Of a DNA stretch of 64,000 nucleotides, positions 47,978 through 57,757 are shown piece after piece. Position numbers and translations under genes: made by a program. Origin of the DNA: Deltaproteobacteria bacterium (GTDB taxonomy: Bacteria > Desulfobacterota > BSN033 > UBA1163); NCBI GenBank assembly GCA_037444165.1, contig JBBIMX010000002.1, forward strand, positions 7,825 through 71,824, given 5' to 3'. Under the pieces are notes generated by a model. That model was given only the letters and a program-made list of their open reading frames with translations, had not been told where the DNA came from and made no database searches. Numbering within the stretch: position 1 is the first letter of the stretch; the number at the start of each line of letters is the position of its first letter.

Positions 47978-48631
47978 ATGGTCAGTAAACAGTATCTCAT
48001 TGATGAGTTGACGGTAAAAGATACCTGGAGGATGTTTCATATTATGGCCGAATTTGTAGAGGGATTCGAAGCCCTTGCTGAATATCATCCCGCGGTGAGC
48101 ATCTTTGGCTCTTCTCGAGCGAAAGAGGAAGATGAGATCTATCAAAAGGCAGAGCGGATAGGCCAGCTTCTCGCAGAGAATGGATTTGGAGTCATTACAG
48201 GGGGTGGGCCAGGGGTCATGGAAGCAGCAAATAAAGGTGCCGCGATGGTCGGAGGGAGATCGATTGGGCTGAATATCGAACTCCCCTTAGAACAAACCCC
48301 TAACCCTTATACCAATATCAAACTAACTTTCCATTATTTTTTTGTACGAAAGGTGATGTTCATCAAGTATGCGGTTGCCTACATTATTCTTCCGGGAGGC
48401 TTCGGAACGTTCGATGAACTTTTTGAGGCGATCACCTTAATTCAAACCCACAAGATCAAGCCTTTCCCGGTCATTCTTGTGGGTTCAGAGTACTGGAAGG
48501 GTCTTCTCGATTGGATAAAAGGAGTCGTTTTAAAAGAAGGGAAAATTTCTCCCCAGGATCTTGAGATTTTTCAATTGATCGATGAACCGGAAGAGATTGT
48601 GAAAACGATCAAAAGGACCGTGATCGTTTAA
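47978..48631 (+). CDS. LOG family protein (cytokinin riboside 5'-monophosphate phosphoribohydrolase-like, TIGR00730)
   Basis: GGGPGVMEA and PGGFGTFDEL signature motifs; start ATG 47978 after GGGGAGG. Confidence 0.8.
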   Translation: MVSKQYLIDELTVKDTWRMFHIMAEFVEGFEALAEYHPAVSIFGSSRAKEEDEIYQKAERIGQLLAENGFGVITGGGPGVMEAANKGAAMVGGRSIGLNIELPLEQTPNPYTNIKLTFHYFFVRKVMFIKYAVAYIILPGGFGTFDELFEAITLIQTHKIKPFPVILVGSEYWKGLLDWIKGVVLKEGKISPQDLEIFQLIDEPEEIVKTIKRTVIV

Positions 48632-48653
48632 ATCCTTAGAAATCTTTCCACCT

Positions 48654-49649
48654 TCAATGGTTGAGATGATGGACGTCATCGACGACGTAATAGGTCAGGA
48701 GGGTGGTTAACTCGATCAATTTCTGTTCTTCTTCTTCAGGAAGATAGCCTAAAGACTCGCTGCGACAGATGGCTTCCCAGCGTCGAAGAGTCTTTCGTAT
48801 CGAATGTTGATTGGACCCGGAGATCCAGAGACTTACCCTTTGACTTAATATTCTTGCGTATCTTCGAATCAGCCTCCAGGCAGGCAGAAGCCTTCGACGG
48901 TGGTCTCTGGATGGAGTAAAAAGCTCGTTCATATCCTTCAAATATTCCTGGAGTTCCTGATCCAACATCTCACCATCGAGCCCATACCATTCCGAAACGG
49001 TATCCTCAATGGTCGTGTACTCCCCTTCTCTCTTCTTTTTTAGATTGATCGGTTCTTCACCCGCGATCTCTCTCATCACCTGATCCACATAGTAAAGTTT
49101 TTCTAAGGCATTGGGCCAGGTTCGGTACCTCTCTCTCCAATTGGAGCGAGGAGCGAGCCAGATCGCAAACGTCTCAGCCCAATCCTCATCGGGATGCTTC
49201 TGGGCATAATGAGGGTCTCCTAAATAGTGAAGATGACGAACATAACTTTTCGACCATGGGTTGACTCGGGAGAGATAACCGTCACGATATTTTTTATTAA
49301 AATTTCCAAAGGTAGCTTCCCAATCCTTTCTTCTCCAAAGTTGATAACCATAATTGATCGCATGCCCCACCTCATGGCGAAGCGTTTTAATGATCTCTTC
49401 ATTTTTTAAAACTTCTCCCTCCAATTCCCTCAATTCATTTTTTGCATAATAAAAAGGGATACTGATGGATATCGTTTTATTGACACATCCCCATTCATTT
49501 CCAAAATAAAAGTCTGGCCAAAGGAGGAGGCGATGGTTTTTTAATTCTTTTTTCAACCGCCTGAGAAGGGGACCAAGGCTTTCCTCTACATCCAGTTCTA
49601 AATCACATATTCGAGTCGTTAAAAATTTTTGATATTGAATCTCATCCAT
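48654..49649 (-). CDS. Putative zinc metallopeptidase-like protein (HExxH motif), function unknown
   Basis: RHEVGHAINYG HExxH motif; 331 aa; no signal peptide. Confidence 0.45.
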   Translation of the reverse strand: MDEIQYQKFLTTRICDLELDVEESLGPLLRRLKKELKNHRLLLWPDFYFGNEWGCVNKTISISIPFYYAKNELRELEGEVLKNEEIIKTLRHEVGHAINYGYQLWRRKDWEATFGNFNKKYRDGYLSRVNPWSKSYVRHLHYLGDPHYAQKHPDEDWAETFAIWLAPRSNWRERYRTWPNALEKLYYVDQVMREIAGEEPINLKKKREGEYTTIEDTVSEWYGLDGEMLDQELQEYLKDMNELFTPSRDHRRRLLPAWRLIRRYARILSQRVSLWISGSNQHSIRKTLRRWEAICRSESLGYLPEEEEQKLIELTTLLTYYVVDDVHHLNH

Positions 49650-49924
49650 AGAAAAACCCTCGTAAGGAATCGGTCAAATAATATAATATGGATCTTTTTT
49701 CAGTTCAAAATAAAATTTTCACAATTAATTCATTAATTATATCCAATAGTTATAAATTTAAGATTTCTTTCTATTTTTACGTTTTTCAATGACTACAGAA
49801 AATATTAAATACTTTAAGTTTTCAAATAGTTGGATAACTCGTGGAGATTTGTTATTTGGTCTGTGAAAATAGAAAATTTTAATGTAATATTAATAAGTAA
49901 CATCTCCTAACCATGGAGGAAGAG

Positions 49925-51409
49925 ATGGATGTTTATGTTTCGGGCGTAGGATTGACGAAATTTGGAAAGTCCAAAGAATCCCTTGAAAGAATAATGGCGG
50001 AGGCCGCTGGGTTAGCCCTCAAGGAGGCACAACGGGAAAAAGTGGATGCTATTTTTATTGGCGTCATGAATGTGGAAGAATTTGTAGGAGAGTCCAATTT
50101 TGCCACTCTTCTTGCAGACACGATCGGTTTAACAGGGATCCCTTCAACTCGTGTAGAAACCGCCTCTTCCACAGGGGCAGGGGCTTTTGAAGCCGGTTTT
50201 TATGCCTTGGCCTCAGGCTACATGAAGAATGTATTGGTGCTTGCAGGAGAGAAGATGACCCACCTCCCCACTTCCAAAACGACACGAATTCTTTCAGGGG
50301 TCATCGACCGAACAGAACGAAGATACGGAGCCACCATGCCCGCCTTTGCGGCTATGATTGCCCAACGATACGCCCATGAATACCAACTCTCTATCTCTAA
50401 ACTCGAAGAGATTCTGGCCCAGGTCGCTATAAAGAATCACGCCAATGGGGCTCTCAATCCCTATGCCCAGTTCAGAAAACCTATTACGAAAGAGGACTAT
50501 CTGAGCAGCCAGATTATCTCTTATCCATTGCGTTTATATGATTGCGCCCCCATTACAGATGGAGCCGCCGCTCTCCTTCTGACTTCGGAACCCACTTCGA
50601 TTAAGGTCACGGGGATAGGCCATGCTACGGATACCCTTGCCGTAAGTCACCGGGCCTCCTTAACTTCTTTCAACTCTACTAAAGAAGCGGCTCTGAAGGC
50701 CTATCGAATGGCTCAACTCAACCCCTCAGAGATTCACTTTGCAGAAGTTCACGATGCCTTTACTCCTTTCGAAATTATCGGAACAGAGGATTTAGGTTTT
50801 TTCCCCCCAGGAAAGGGATGGAAGGCCCTGGAAGAGAAAGTCACCCAGCTCCGGGGAAGACTTCCGATCAATCCTTCGGGAGGATTGAAATCAAGGGGCC
50901 ATCCTGTTGGGGCCTCGGGGCTTGCCCAACTCGTCGAGATTGTTTTCCAACTCAGGGGAGAAGCTGGAGAGGGAAGACAATTGGAGAAAGCAGAGATTGG
51001 ATTAGCCCAAAGCATTGGAGGATTGGGAAACAATAACTTTGTCATCATTCTTGAGAGGAGTGATCGAAAGAAGGTCTATGGAAAGGGCTGGAGGCCAGAG
51101 TATCAACCTGAGATCCAAACCGTTTCAAAACCCAATCTCCCTCGACCCTCCGAAGGGATGGGGATTCTCGAGACCTTTACCATTCTTCATCATCCTCCCG
51201 AAGGATTTCGCTCCCCCCTCGCCCTTGGATTTATCAACCTCAAAGGAGGGGGAAGGATCATGGCCTGCAATCCGGAATATAAAAATCCCCACTCCTTAAA
51301 AATAGGAAGAAAAGTTCTTTTTGAGTCCCGTGAAGGCCTCTATGTCTTCTATCGATTAACCCTCTGGAATCGCCTGAAGTTATGGTTAAAAATGGGAAAA
51401 AAGAGCTAA
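49925..51409 (+). CDS. Thiolase-like (archaeal-type/SCP-x) protein fused to C-terminal DUF35 OB-fold/Zn-ribbon domain
   Basis: Thiolase condensing-enzyme fold; about 110-aa C-terminal DUF35-like extension; start ATG 49925 after GGAGGAAGAG. Confidence 0.65.
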   Translation: MDVYVSGVGLTKFGKSKESLERIMAEAAGLALKEAQREKVDAIFIGVMNVEEFVGESNFATLLADTIGLTGIPSTRVETASSTGAGAFEAGFYALASGYMKNVLVLAGEKMTHLPTSKTTRILSGVIDRTERRYGATMPAFAAMIAQRYAHEYQLSISKLEEILAQVAIKNHANGALNPYAQFRKPITKEDYLSSQIISYPLRLYDCAPITDGAAALLLTSEPTSIKVTGIGHATDTLAVSHRASLTSFNSTKEAALKAYRMAQLNPSEIHFAEVHDAFTPFEIIGTEDLGFFPPGKGWKALEEKVTQLRGRLPINPSGGLKSRGHPVGASGLAQLVEIVFQLRGEAGEGRQLEKAEIGLAQSIGGLGNNNFVIILERSDRKKVYGKGWRPEYQPEIQTVSKPNLPRPSEGMGILETFTILHHPPEGFRSPLALGFINLKGGGRIMACNPEYKNPHSLKIGRKVLFESREGLYVFYRLTLWNRLKLWLKMGKKS

Positions 51410-51637
51410 GGAGAAATAATCCGTGCGATCTGCCCGGCATAGATCACAATATATCGCATGGCAACCCCCCCGATCAGGATCGAAGTAATGATCACGCCAG
51501 AAATCCATGAATTGTGCTCTCGCAATTCTTTGTGGGCGATATAATGAGGAATCAATTCATAGACTTCAAGGGAAAGGGGAAGAACGATTCCTACTGCAAC
51601 GACAAAGAACCAGAAGAGGAAGGAGGAGTCCCCCTAA
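51406..51637 (-). pseudogene. Remnant of NrfD/PsrC-type membrane anchor subunit (C-terminal 77 codons only)
   Basis: Translation GDSSFLFWFFVVAVGIVLPLSLEVYELIPHYIAHKELREHNSWISGVIITSILIGGVAMRYIVIYAGQ resembles NrfD-family C-termini; preceded by in-frame stop, no N-terminal part. Confidence 0.45.
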
Positions 51638-51647
51638 GAAGATTCTC

Positions 51648-51932
51648 TCAAACAGCTTCTGAATGAATCCCCTTCGTTCCATGGTTTTGGTCTTCCAACT
51701 TCCCTATTTCATAATGGATGAAACGATCGAGCATCTCAATCAAACCGAGATAAAAAGGATGGGCATGGCTCTTGATACATGCCTCTTTCAAAGAAGGGAT
51801 CCAATCCAAATGATCCTTTAAAAATTGATCGATCTCATCCTCTGCCTCTCCCTGAGAGTAAAGGAAGGATAGAAATTCCAATTCGATGGCCAGATGGTCT
51901 GGAAGGTCCTGAAAAGGGGCTCTCACTTCCAA
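51648..51932 (-). pseudogene. Remnant of TorD/DmsD-family redox-enzyme maturation chaperone (C-terminal half)
   Basis: DHLAIELEFLSFL ... HLDWIP ... HPFYLGL match TorD-family motifs; only 94 codons. Confidence 0.45.
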
Positions 51933-52218
51933 CCCATATGCTTGGAAACTCTCTTTTCCTTCTTATCCCATCCTTTCGTTTATGAGAGGCCCCTGTGGGG
52001 CAAACCTTTACACACGGAGGATTGTCACAATGCTGGCACTGAACAGGTAAAAATTCCCGGGTATAGTTTGGAAATACTCCGTACTCTCGTTCTTCGAGAT
52101 GATTATAAGCCTCCTTCTCTTCCAAGCCATTCTGGTTATGGCAGGCGACCCGACAGGCATGGCTGCCCACACATTTCGTCTCGTCAATCACCATTCCATA
52201 ACGTGGCATTTTTCTCAC
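51835..52218 (-). pseudogene. Truncated 4Fe-4S ferredoxin-type subunit of molybdopterin oxidoreductase (PsrB/PhsB-like)
   Basis: YGMVIDETKCVGSHACRVAC ... CQHCDNPPCVKVCPTGA then loses similarity after KDGI (frameshift/deletion); lacks clusters 3 and 4. Confidence 0.55.
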
Positions 52219-52326
52219 CCCTTCTTCTCTTCTTTCGTGACCTGGACAATGATTTCGGAGGCCATCACGTGTCCAACCGTTGGATCAAAATAGATGGGGA
52301 GAAAATCATTATAGGAAAGGCCCACA

Positions 52327-52790
52327 TCATAAGCTCTTTTTATTCATCCACAGGCGAATTAAATCATATCGATAACTCAAAGCCATCAGGACCGGTTGGT
52401 TGGCAGTCATGGAATGGGTATGGATGGCCTGCTTTCCATGGAGTAGCCGAAAGGATCGAGGGTCTTTTGGATCAGGGGAAACCAAGGGTTCTTCCCATCT
52501 GGGAATGGGAGGAATATCGAGACGATCTAAAGTCTCGCAAAAAATTTCCACCTTTTGATTTAGCCTCTACAATTTGTTTCACCTGACCAAGATCAATTCC
52601 TCCTGCAGGATTCCGCCCAATAATTACAGTATAACACGTCGATCCATGGGTAAAATAGTGGGGACTCCCCAAGGCATGCATCAAACTCAGGGCATAGAGA
52701 TGATTGGGTTGAGGATAATTCACCCAGAAGATGCTCTGTGGACCATGTTGGAGTAGCAGGAGGTTAATCTTTTGGGCAATCTCTTGATAG
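52327..52790 (-). pseudogene. Remnant of molybdopterin oxidoreductase catalytic subunit (Psr/Phs/Ttr-type) with massive internal deletion
   Basis: Two short frames: WEQAYQEIAQK...HGPQSIF...ALGSPHYFTHGSTC...GRNPAGG (N-terminal domain motifs), and PIPRWEEP...FRLLHGKQAIHTHSMTANQPVLMAL (C-terminal domain motifs). About 450 aa is missing; no Fe-S N-terminus and no Tat signal. Confidence 0.55.
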
Positions 52791-52823
52791 GCCTGTTCCC
52801 ATCAGGCGGTTTTTCTCCTTTTT

Positions 52824-53177
52824 TTATCTGGATAATCTTATGATTTCCTCAAGTTGTTTCAGATTAAAGGGCTTCACCAGATACCCAGAAATCCCTGCCT
52901 TCAAGGCTTCTTGCCTCAGATGGTCATCACTTTTCACCGTCATTAAAATGGAGATGAGTTTTGGATTTTGATTCATCCATCCTTTTAACAGCTCTAAAGC
53001 CTCCCCATCCGGCAGAGGTTCTCCACAGATCACCATATCAAAGGGGGAACTATTATAAAGAAATTCCCCTTCCTTTTTTGAATCGGCTGTCACCACTTTG
53101 CATTTCATTTGATTCTCAATGAAGAAAGAAAGAGACTGGCTTATTTGTCTGTCTTTTTCTACGATAAGAACTTTCAT
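52824..53177 (-). CDS. Single-domain CheY-like receiver protein lacking canonical phospho-acceptor Asp (pseudo-receiver)
   Basis: REC fold with conserved Thr (LMTV) and Lys (LVKPF), but phospho-Asp position reads DMVICGEPLPDG (Gly instead of Asp) and the N-terminal acidic pair is EKD. Confidence 0.6.
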   Translation of the reverse strand: MKVLIVEKDRQISQSLSFFIENQMKCKVVTADSKKEGEFLYNSSPFDMVICGEPLPDGEALELLKGWMNQNPKLISILMTVKSDDHLRQEALKAGISGYLVKPFNLKQLEEIIRLSR

Positions 53178-53206
53178 GATAATTATTATTTTATAAATAA
53201 AGAGAG

Positions 53207-53222
53207 CAAAGAAGGTGCCAAC
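53207..53222 (-). promoter_or_regulatory. sigma54 (-24/-12) promoter reading toward the pseudo-receiver gene
   Basis: Reverse strand reads TTGGCAC-cttct-TTGCT, a perfect TGGCAC-N5-TTGC; about 30 nt upstream of start codon 53177. Confidence 0.6.
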
Positions 53223-53448
53223 TCTCTTTTAGAAAAAGAGATAGAGACTTAGGTTTAAATTTCTTTTGGAATTCAAAGGGTTATTTTTAAAAAGTCGATC
53301 TTTTGAAGCAAGGGGGTAAATGGAAGGGAAACCAAACTCTATTTAATAAAAAGGCTAAATATAACAATGCGTAGAGGATAATCTATTGAAATGCCAGAAG
53401 AATTTTAATAATTGTCTGATTTTAAACATTCTGTTTGTAATCAAATAT

Positions 53449-54822
53449 CTAAATCTCGCCCCGGCTTTTGATCCCATATTTTTCCATCCGGTAGAGAAGT
53501 GCAGATCGGGAGATGCCAAGAATTTTGGCAGCTTGCATCTTATTCCCCCTTTTCATCCTTAAGGCTTCGAGGATATATCTCTTTTCAATCTCCTCAAGGA
53601 CAATTCCCTGGGGAGGAATGACAGGTCTAAAATCAACCTTTTCTTCTCGTTCCAAGAGAAAGGCAAGATGTTTTCGATCAATCGTCTCCCCTTTTTCAAG
53701 AAGGATGATTCGCTCTACTGTGTTTCGAAGCTCTCGAATATTGCCCGGCCAGGGATAGGAGAGAAGAATCTCTTCGGCTTCCTCTGAGAGATGAAGAAAA
53801 TTCTTTTTAAACTGTTCATTAAAATAATTCATAAAAAACTTAAAAAGAGGAAGGATATCTTCTTTTCGCTCTCTCAAAGGAGGGATGGTCAGTTTGATGA
53901 CATTTAATCTAAAGTAAAGGTCGTCTCGAAAATTCCCTTTTTTGACCTCGGCCTCTAAATCCTTATTGGTAGCAGCAATGATTCGAACATCTGCTTTTCG
54001 TTTCTCAACTCCCCCGACCCTGTAGTATTCTTTTCCTTCAAGGATTCGAAGAACCTTGACTTGGGCCGATAGGGGGAGTTCTCCCACTTCATCCAGAAAA
54101 AGGGTCCCCTTCTCAGCCGCTTCCACCTTTCCTATCTTACCTTTATCCAGGGCGCCTGTAAAGGCTCCTTTCTCGTATCCAAAGAGTTCGCTTTCAAAGA
54201 GGTCTTTGGGGATCGCCCCACAATTGATAGCAATGAAGGGAAAGGAAGAGCGAGGGCTTAAAAAATGGATGTATTCAGCCAAAAGCTCCTTTCCTGTCCC
54301 TGTCTCACCCTCGATCAATACGGTCGTTTCAGAGCCCTGAGCGACCTTTTGGGCCAATTCTAAGATCTCCTCCATTTTTGGGCTTACTCCGATCATTTCC
54401 CAAGTCCGGAAACGGTCCTGATACTGGGATCGGAGCCATTCGACCTCCTTCTTTAAACGAATTCGCTCCAATCCTTTCTTGATCAAATCCTCCAGTTGTT
54501 CCAGTTCAAAAGGCTTCACCAAAAAATCGAAGGCCCCCATCTTCATAGAGTTGACCGCCATCTCAATCGATCCCTGAGCGGTCATCATAATTACAGGAGT
54601 CTCTGGGGAGATCTCTTTGATTCTTCGCAAGACTTCATCTCCATTGATTCCCGGAAGCCAGTGATCTAAAAGAACCAGATCAGGACGCCCCCTTTGAAAC
54701 TGTTCTAAACCTTCCTCTCCACTCGAGGCAGTCAGGACTTCATAATGAGAATCTTTCAGGGCGATTTCGAGAGAACCTCGAAGAAGAGGTTCATCATCAA
54801 TGATTAAAATTTTAAACTCCAT
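53449..54822 (-). CDS. sigma54-dependent Fis-family response regulator (NtrC-type: REC plus AAA+ plus HTH)
   Basis: Canonical receiver (IDDEP...LLDHWLP); AAA+ GETGTGKE; GAFTGA sigma54-contact motif; C-terminal Fis HTH. Confidence 0.9.
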   Translation of the reverse strand: MEFKILIIDDEPLLRGSLEIALKDSHYEVLTASSGEEGLEQFQRGRPDLVLLDHWLPGINGDEVLRRIKEISPETPVIMMTAQGSIEMAVNSMKMGAFDFLVKPFELEQLEDLIKKGLERIRLKKEVEWLRSQYQDRFRTWEMIGVSPKMEEILELAQKVAQGSETTVLIEGETGTGKELLAEYIHFLSPRSSFPFIAINCGAIPKDLFESELFGYEKGAFTGALDKGKIGKVEAAEKGTLFLDEVGELPLSAQVKVLRILEGKEYYRVGGVEKRKADVRIIAATNKDLEAEVKKGNFRDDLYFRLNVIKLTIPPLRERKEDILPLFKFFMNYFNEQFKKNFLHLSEEAEEILLSYPWPGNIRELRNTVERIILLEKGETIDRKHLAFLLEREEKVDFRPVIPPQGIVLEEIEKRYILEALRMKRGNKMQAAKILGISRSALLYRMEKYGIKSRGEI

Positions 54823-56308
54823 TTTCTTTTCTCACAGGAAGATAAATCGTAAAGATTGACCCGACTCCTTCCTCACTCTGGACCTCAATCGTCCCACCGT
54901 GAGCCTCGATGATCTTGAGGGTGATCGAAAGTCCCAGACCTGTCCCTTCCGATTTGGTGGTGAAAAAGGGGTCAAAAATCCTCTTCAGATGGGAAGCTGG
55001 GATTCCCACTCCAGTATCCTTCACCTCTACCCCAACCCTCTCCCCATCCAAAAAGGTTCGAAGGGTTAATCTTCCCCCCCTCTCCATGGCCTGAATGGCA
55101 TTGAGAATCAGATTGATGAGGGCTTGCTGGATCTGATGCACGTCGATCCATACCTTTGGAAGCCCTTCTTCTTTCAAGAATTCTAAAGAAATATTGGCTT
55201 TTTTAAATTTGGTCTGAAACATGTTGAGGCTATCTTCGATCAGTGAATTGATCTGAGCTTCTCGAAATTCGGCTGGCTTCGGTTTGGCGAAATGGAGCAT
55301 ATCTTCAACAATCTTCTGAATCTTTTCAATCCCTTCCTCTGTACTCTCAAGAAGCCTCCTTTCTGTTTCAGAAAGATCTTTCCTTCTTAAAAGGATTTGG
55401 GTATTGATTTTTATCCCGGCCAAGGGATTTCGAAGTTCATGGGCCACCCCTGCTGTAAGCTCTCCAAGAGAGGTCAACCTTTCCGTAAGGAGGAGTCGTT
55501 CCTCCGCCCTCTTCATCTGGGTCACATCCTTGCAGATTCGCGTGACCCCAATGATTCTTCCTTCGGCATCTCGTAGGGGAGAAAGGGTCATGTTGGTGAT
55601 GATCTCCCGACCTTCCTTGGTCTGTCTCCTCACCTCCACATTGGGAATCACTTCTCCTTTGAGGACCTTGGCCATTAATTCTTTCATCAATCTCTCTTCC
55701 TCTTCCTTTAATTTTTTGTCCTTAGGGTAGAGAAACTCCGAAACCTTTTGACCAAGGACTTCTTCCTTTCTGTATCCATAGATCCGCTCTGCCCCCTCAT
55801 TCCAGTAAAGGACTCTCCCTTCGAGATCCACGACTGAAATGGCATCTCCTGCCTTCTCCACAATGGACTCTAAAAAATTCTTTGTCTCAATCAACTCTTT
55901 TTGAAGACGGACTTTTTCGAGCATCAAATGGAATCCCTGAAGGGCTCGGTTGGCTACAAATGGGAAGGCCTTGGCACACTCCGGAGATCGATTGATATAG
56001 TCAAAAACCCCTTCTTTCATTGCTTCCAAGGCCACCTTAGAATCTCCTTGAGCCGTAACAAAGATAGTCGGAATTCCAATTCCCAATCCATTGAATCTCC
56101 GAAGCCACTCCAGACCACTTCCATCCGAAAGCATTTGATCCAAGAGGAGGAGATCAAAATGTCCCTCTTGGAGTCTCCTCATACATTCCTCTCCCGAGGA
56201 GACCGTCTCAATCTGATAGGGATCATCAAGAACACGAAGGGACTCTTTGATCATCTCTATGAAATGGATATCTCCTTCGGCCATTAAAATCCGGATAGGC
56301 TGCTCCAT
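54812..56308 (-). CDS. Hybrid sensor histidine kinase (N-terminal REC, PAS, HisKA, HATPase_c)
   Basis: N-terminal receiver with Asp (LLLLDQML), PAS region, H-box AGVAHELRNPL, ATPase G-boxes; overlaps ntrC-like start by 11 nt. Confidence 0.85.
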   Translation of the reverse strand: MEQPIRILMAEGDIHFIEMIKESLRVLDDPYQIETVSSGEECMRRLQEGHFDLLLLDQMLSDGSGLEWLRRFNGLGIGIPTIFVTAQGDSKVALEAMKEGVFDYINRSPECAKAFPFVANRALQGFHLMLEKVRLQKELIETKNFLESIVEKAGDAISVVDLEGRVLYWNEGAERIYGYRKEEVLGQKVSEFLYPKDKKLKEEEERLMKELMAKVLKGEVIPNVEVRRQTKEGREIITNMTLSPLRDAEGRIIGVTRICKDVTQMKRAEERLLLTERLTSLGELTAGVAHELRNPLAGIKINTQILLRRKDLSETERRLLESTEEGIEKIQKIVEDMLHFAKPKPAEFREAQINSLIEDSLNMFQTKFKKANISLEFLKEEGLPKVWIDVHQIQQALINLILNAIQAMERGGRLTLRTFLDGERVGVEVKDTGVGIPASHLKRIFDPFFTTKSEGTGLGLSITLKIIEAHGGTIEVQSEEGVGSIFTIYLPVRKENGV

Positions 56309-56376
56309 TCCACACCTTCCTCCCTAATCAGAATACCCTATTTTGGTCTCATTGACAACCCTGAGGTCTTCTATTT

Positions 56377-57747
56377 ATGATGGGATACATGATCACCTTT
56401 TTAGTCCTTTTCCTCCTCTCCCTTCCTCTTTTTGGTTTTGGAGGAAACCCTCACGAACATCCCTCTCAGGTCTGGAAGGTAGGGGATCGTCGATGGACGG
56501 TGGAGGAAGAACTCCTTTTTTCCAGATGGGTGGAGGAGAATATCGATGAGGACTTCTTCCTTCGATATCAAATCCCTGTCGATTGCGCCGATGTTCCTTA
56601 TGCGGTTCGATGGATCTACGCCCGTATTGCCCACCTTCCGGCTGCGGCGACGACCAAGAATCATCAACTCATTGGGCACTGGTCTACCCACTGGGGACAT
56701 CTTCCAACCCATTTGGAGTGGCATAAAGATCAGCGCTTCCGAAAGGCCCTTCTCCATATGCTTACCGAAACCACCACTCGGACACTTCCCATGGATACCT
56801 ATCCCATCCGGATTGATCGGGACTCCGTAATCCCTGGGACGATCTTCTTTATCACCGAATCTCACTCGGGAGTGATCGGCCGAATTGTCCTTGACGGGAG
56901 CACGCTTCACCCCATCCAGACCTGGGAGGCGACGACTCCCGTAAAGCTTCAAAAACTAAACCTTAGAGATTTTTTAACCCCAAGACCTGAATCGACCATC
57001 TTTTCGGGAATTGTAAAGTTTCGCTGGCCCGTATGGGAGAACGGAAAATGGTCTTACCTTCCTCCGACTCAGCATCCCTTCTATTCTCTGGAACAATATT
57101 CCAAGGAGTTTACGGAAGGGCATTCTGACTTTGTCGAGGCCGTGGCTAAAAGGATCGATCCTACGATATACGACCCGTGGACAAAGGTGGAGAAACTGGT
57201 TGAAACCCTCACGGTCTATCTCATGGCAAGAATCCCCATCGTTCTTGAAGGCTATAAAAATTGCCGCAGAGGAAGATGTCCGGAAGGCTCTTCCCTATGG
57301 GAAATCTACAGCACCCCCGGCCGGGATGGAAGAATCACCCTGTTGATGGATCATCTCCATCAACTCATTGAATCCAATACTCTGGATCCCGAAGCCATTC
57401 GGAATAAGATGGAAAGCATTCTCTTCCCTATTGGAGAGGGTCTTACGGTCAGTTTTTATCACCTCTATCAGAACTATCCATGGCTCTCCCCCCATCCAGG
57501 AGATTCGATTGAAGCCCGGTGGGGACTCAAGAAATGTGAGATGATCCTTAAACAGATTCAATCGACCGAGCGCTCCATTTCGTTCATTGAGAGAACCTAT
57601 CGAAAGAGAGATCCCCGATACGCTGACTTTGCTCTTCAGCAACAGCAGGAGATTCTCCGAAGATTAAAAGAGGAGTGGGGGAAGGCTCGATGTACCCCCT
57701 CCGAGCCCCCTCCAAAGAGAGAGGATCGAATTAAAAAGAAACGTTGA
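56377..57747 (+). CDS. Hypothetical secreted Trp/His-rich protein
   Basis: 456 aa with signal peptide; no recognisable domain. Confidence 0.5.
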   Translation: MMGYMITFLVLFLLSLPLFGFGGNPHEHPSQVWKVGDRRWTVEEELLFSRWVEENIDEDFFLRYQIPVDCADVPYAVRWIYARIAHLPAAATTKNHQLIGHWSTHWGHLPTHLEWHKDQRFRKALLHMLTETTTRTLPMDTYPIRIDRDSVIPGTIFFITESHSGVIGRIVLDGSTLHPIQTWEATTPVKLQKLNLRDFLTPRPESTIFSGIVKFRWPVWENGKWSYLPPTQHPFYSLEQYSKEFTEGHSDFVEAVAKRIDPTIYDPWTKVEKLVETLTVYLMARIPIVLEGYKNCRRGRCPEGSSLWEIYSTPGRDGRITLLMDHLHQLIESNTLDPEAIRNKMESILFPIGEGLTVSFYHLYQNYPWLSPHPGDSIEARWGLKKCEMILKQIQSTERSISFIERTYRKRDPRYADFALQQQQEILRRLKEEWGKARCTPSEPPPKREDRIKKKR

Positions 57748-57757
57748 ACGGAATCTT

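Noticed and set aside
51894-52586. 230-aa plus-strand ORF
   Set aside because: Lies antisense to the Psr pseudogene fragments whose minus-strand translations match known family motifs; its own translation has no recognisable features
56401-56952. 183-aa minus-strand ORF
   Set aside because: Antisense to the signal-peptide-bearing 456-aa gene, which has a better start context
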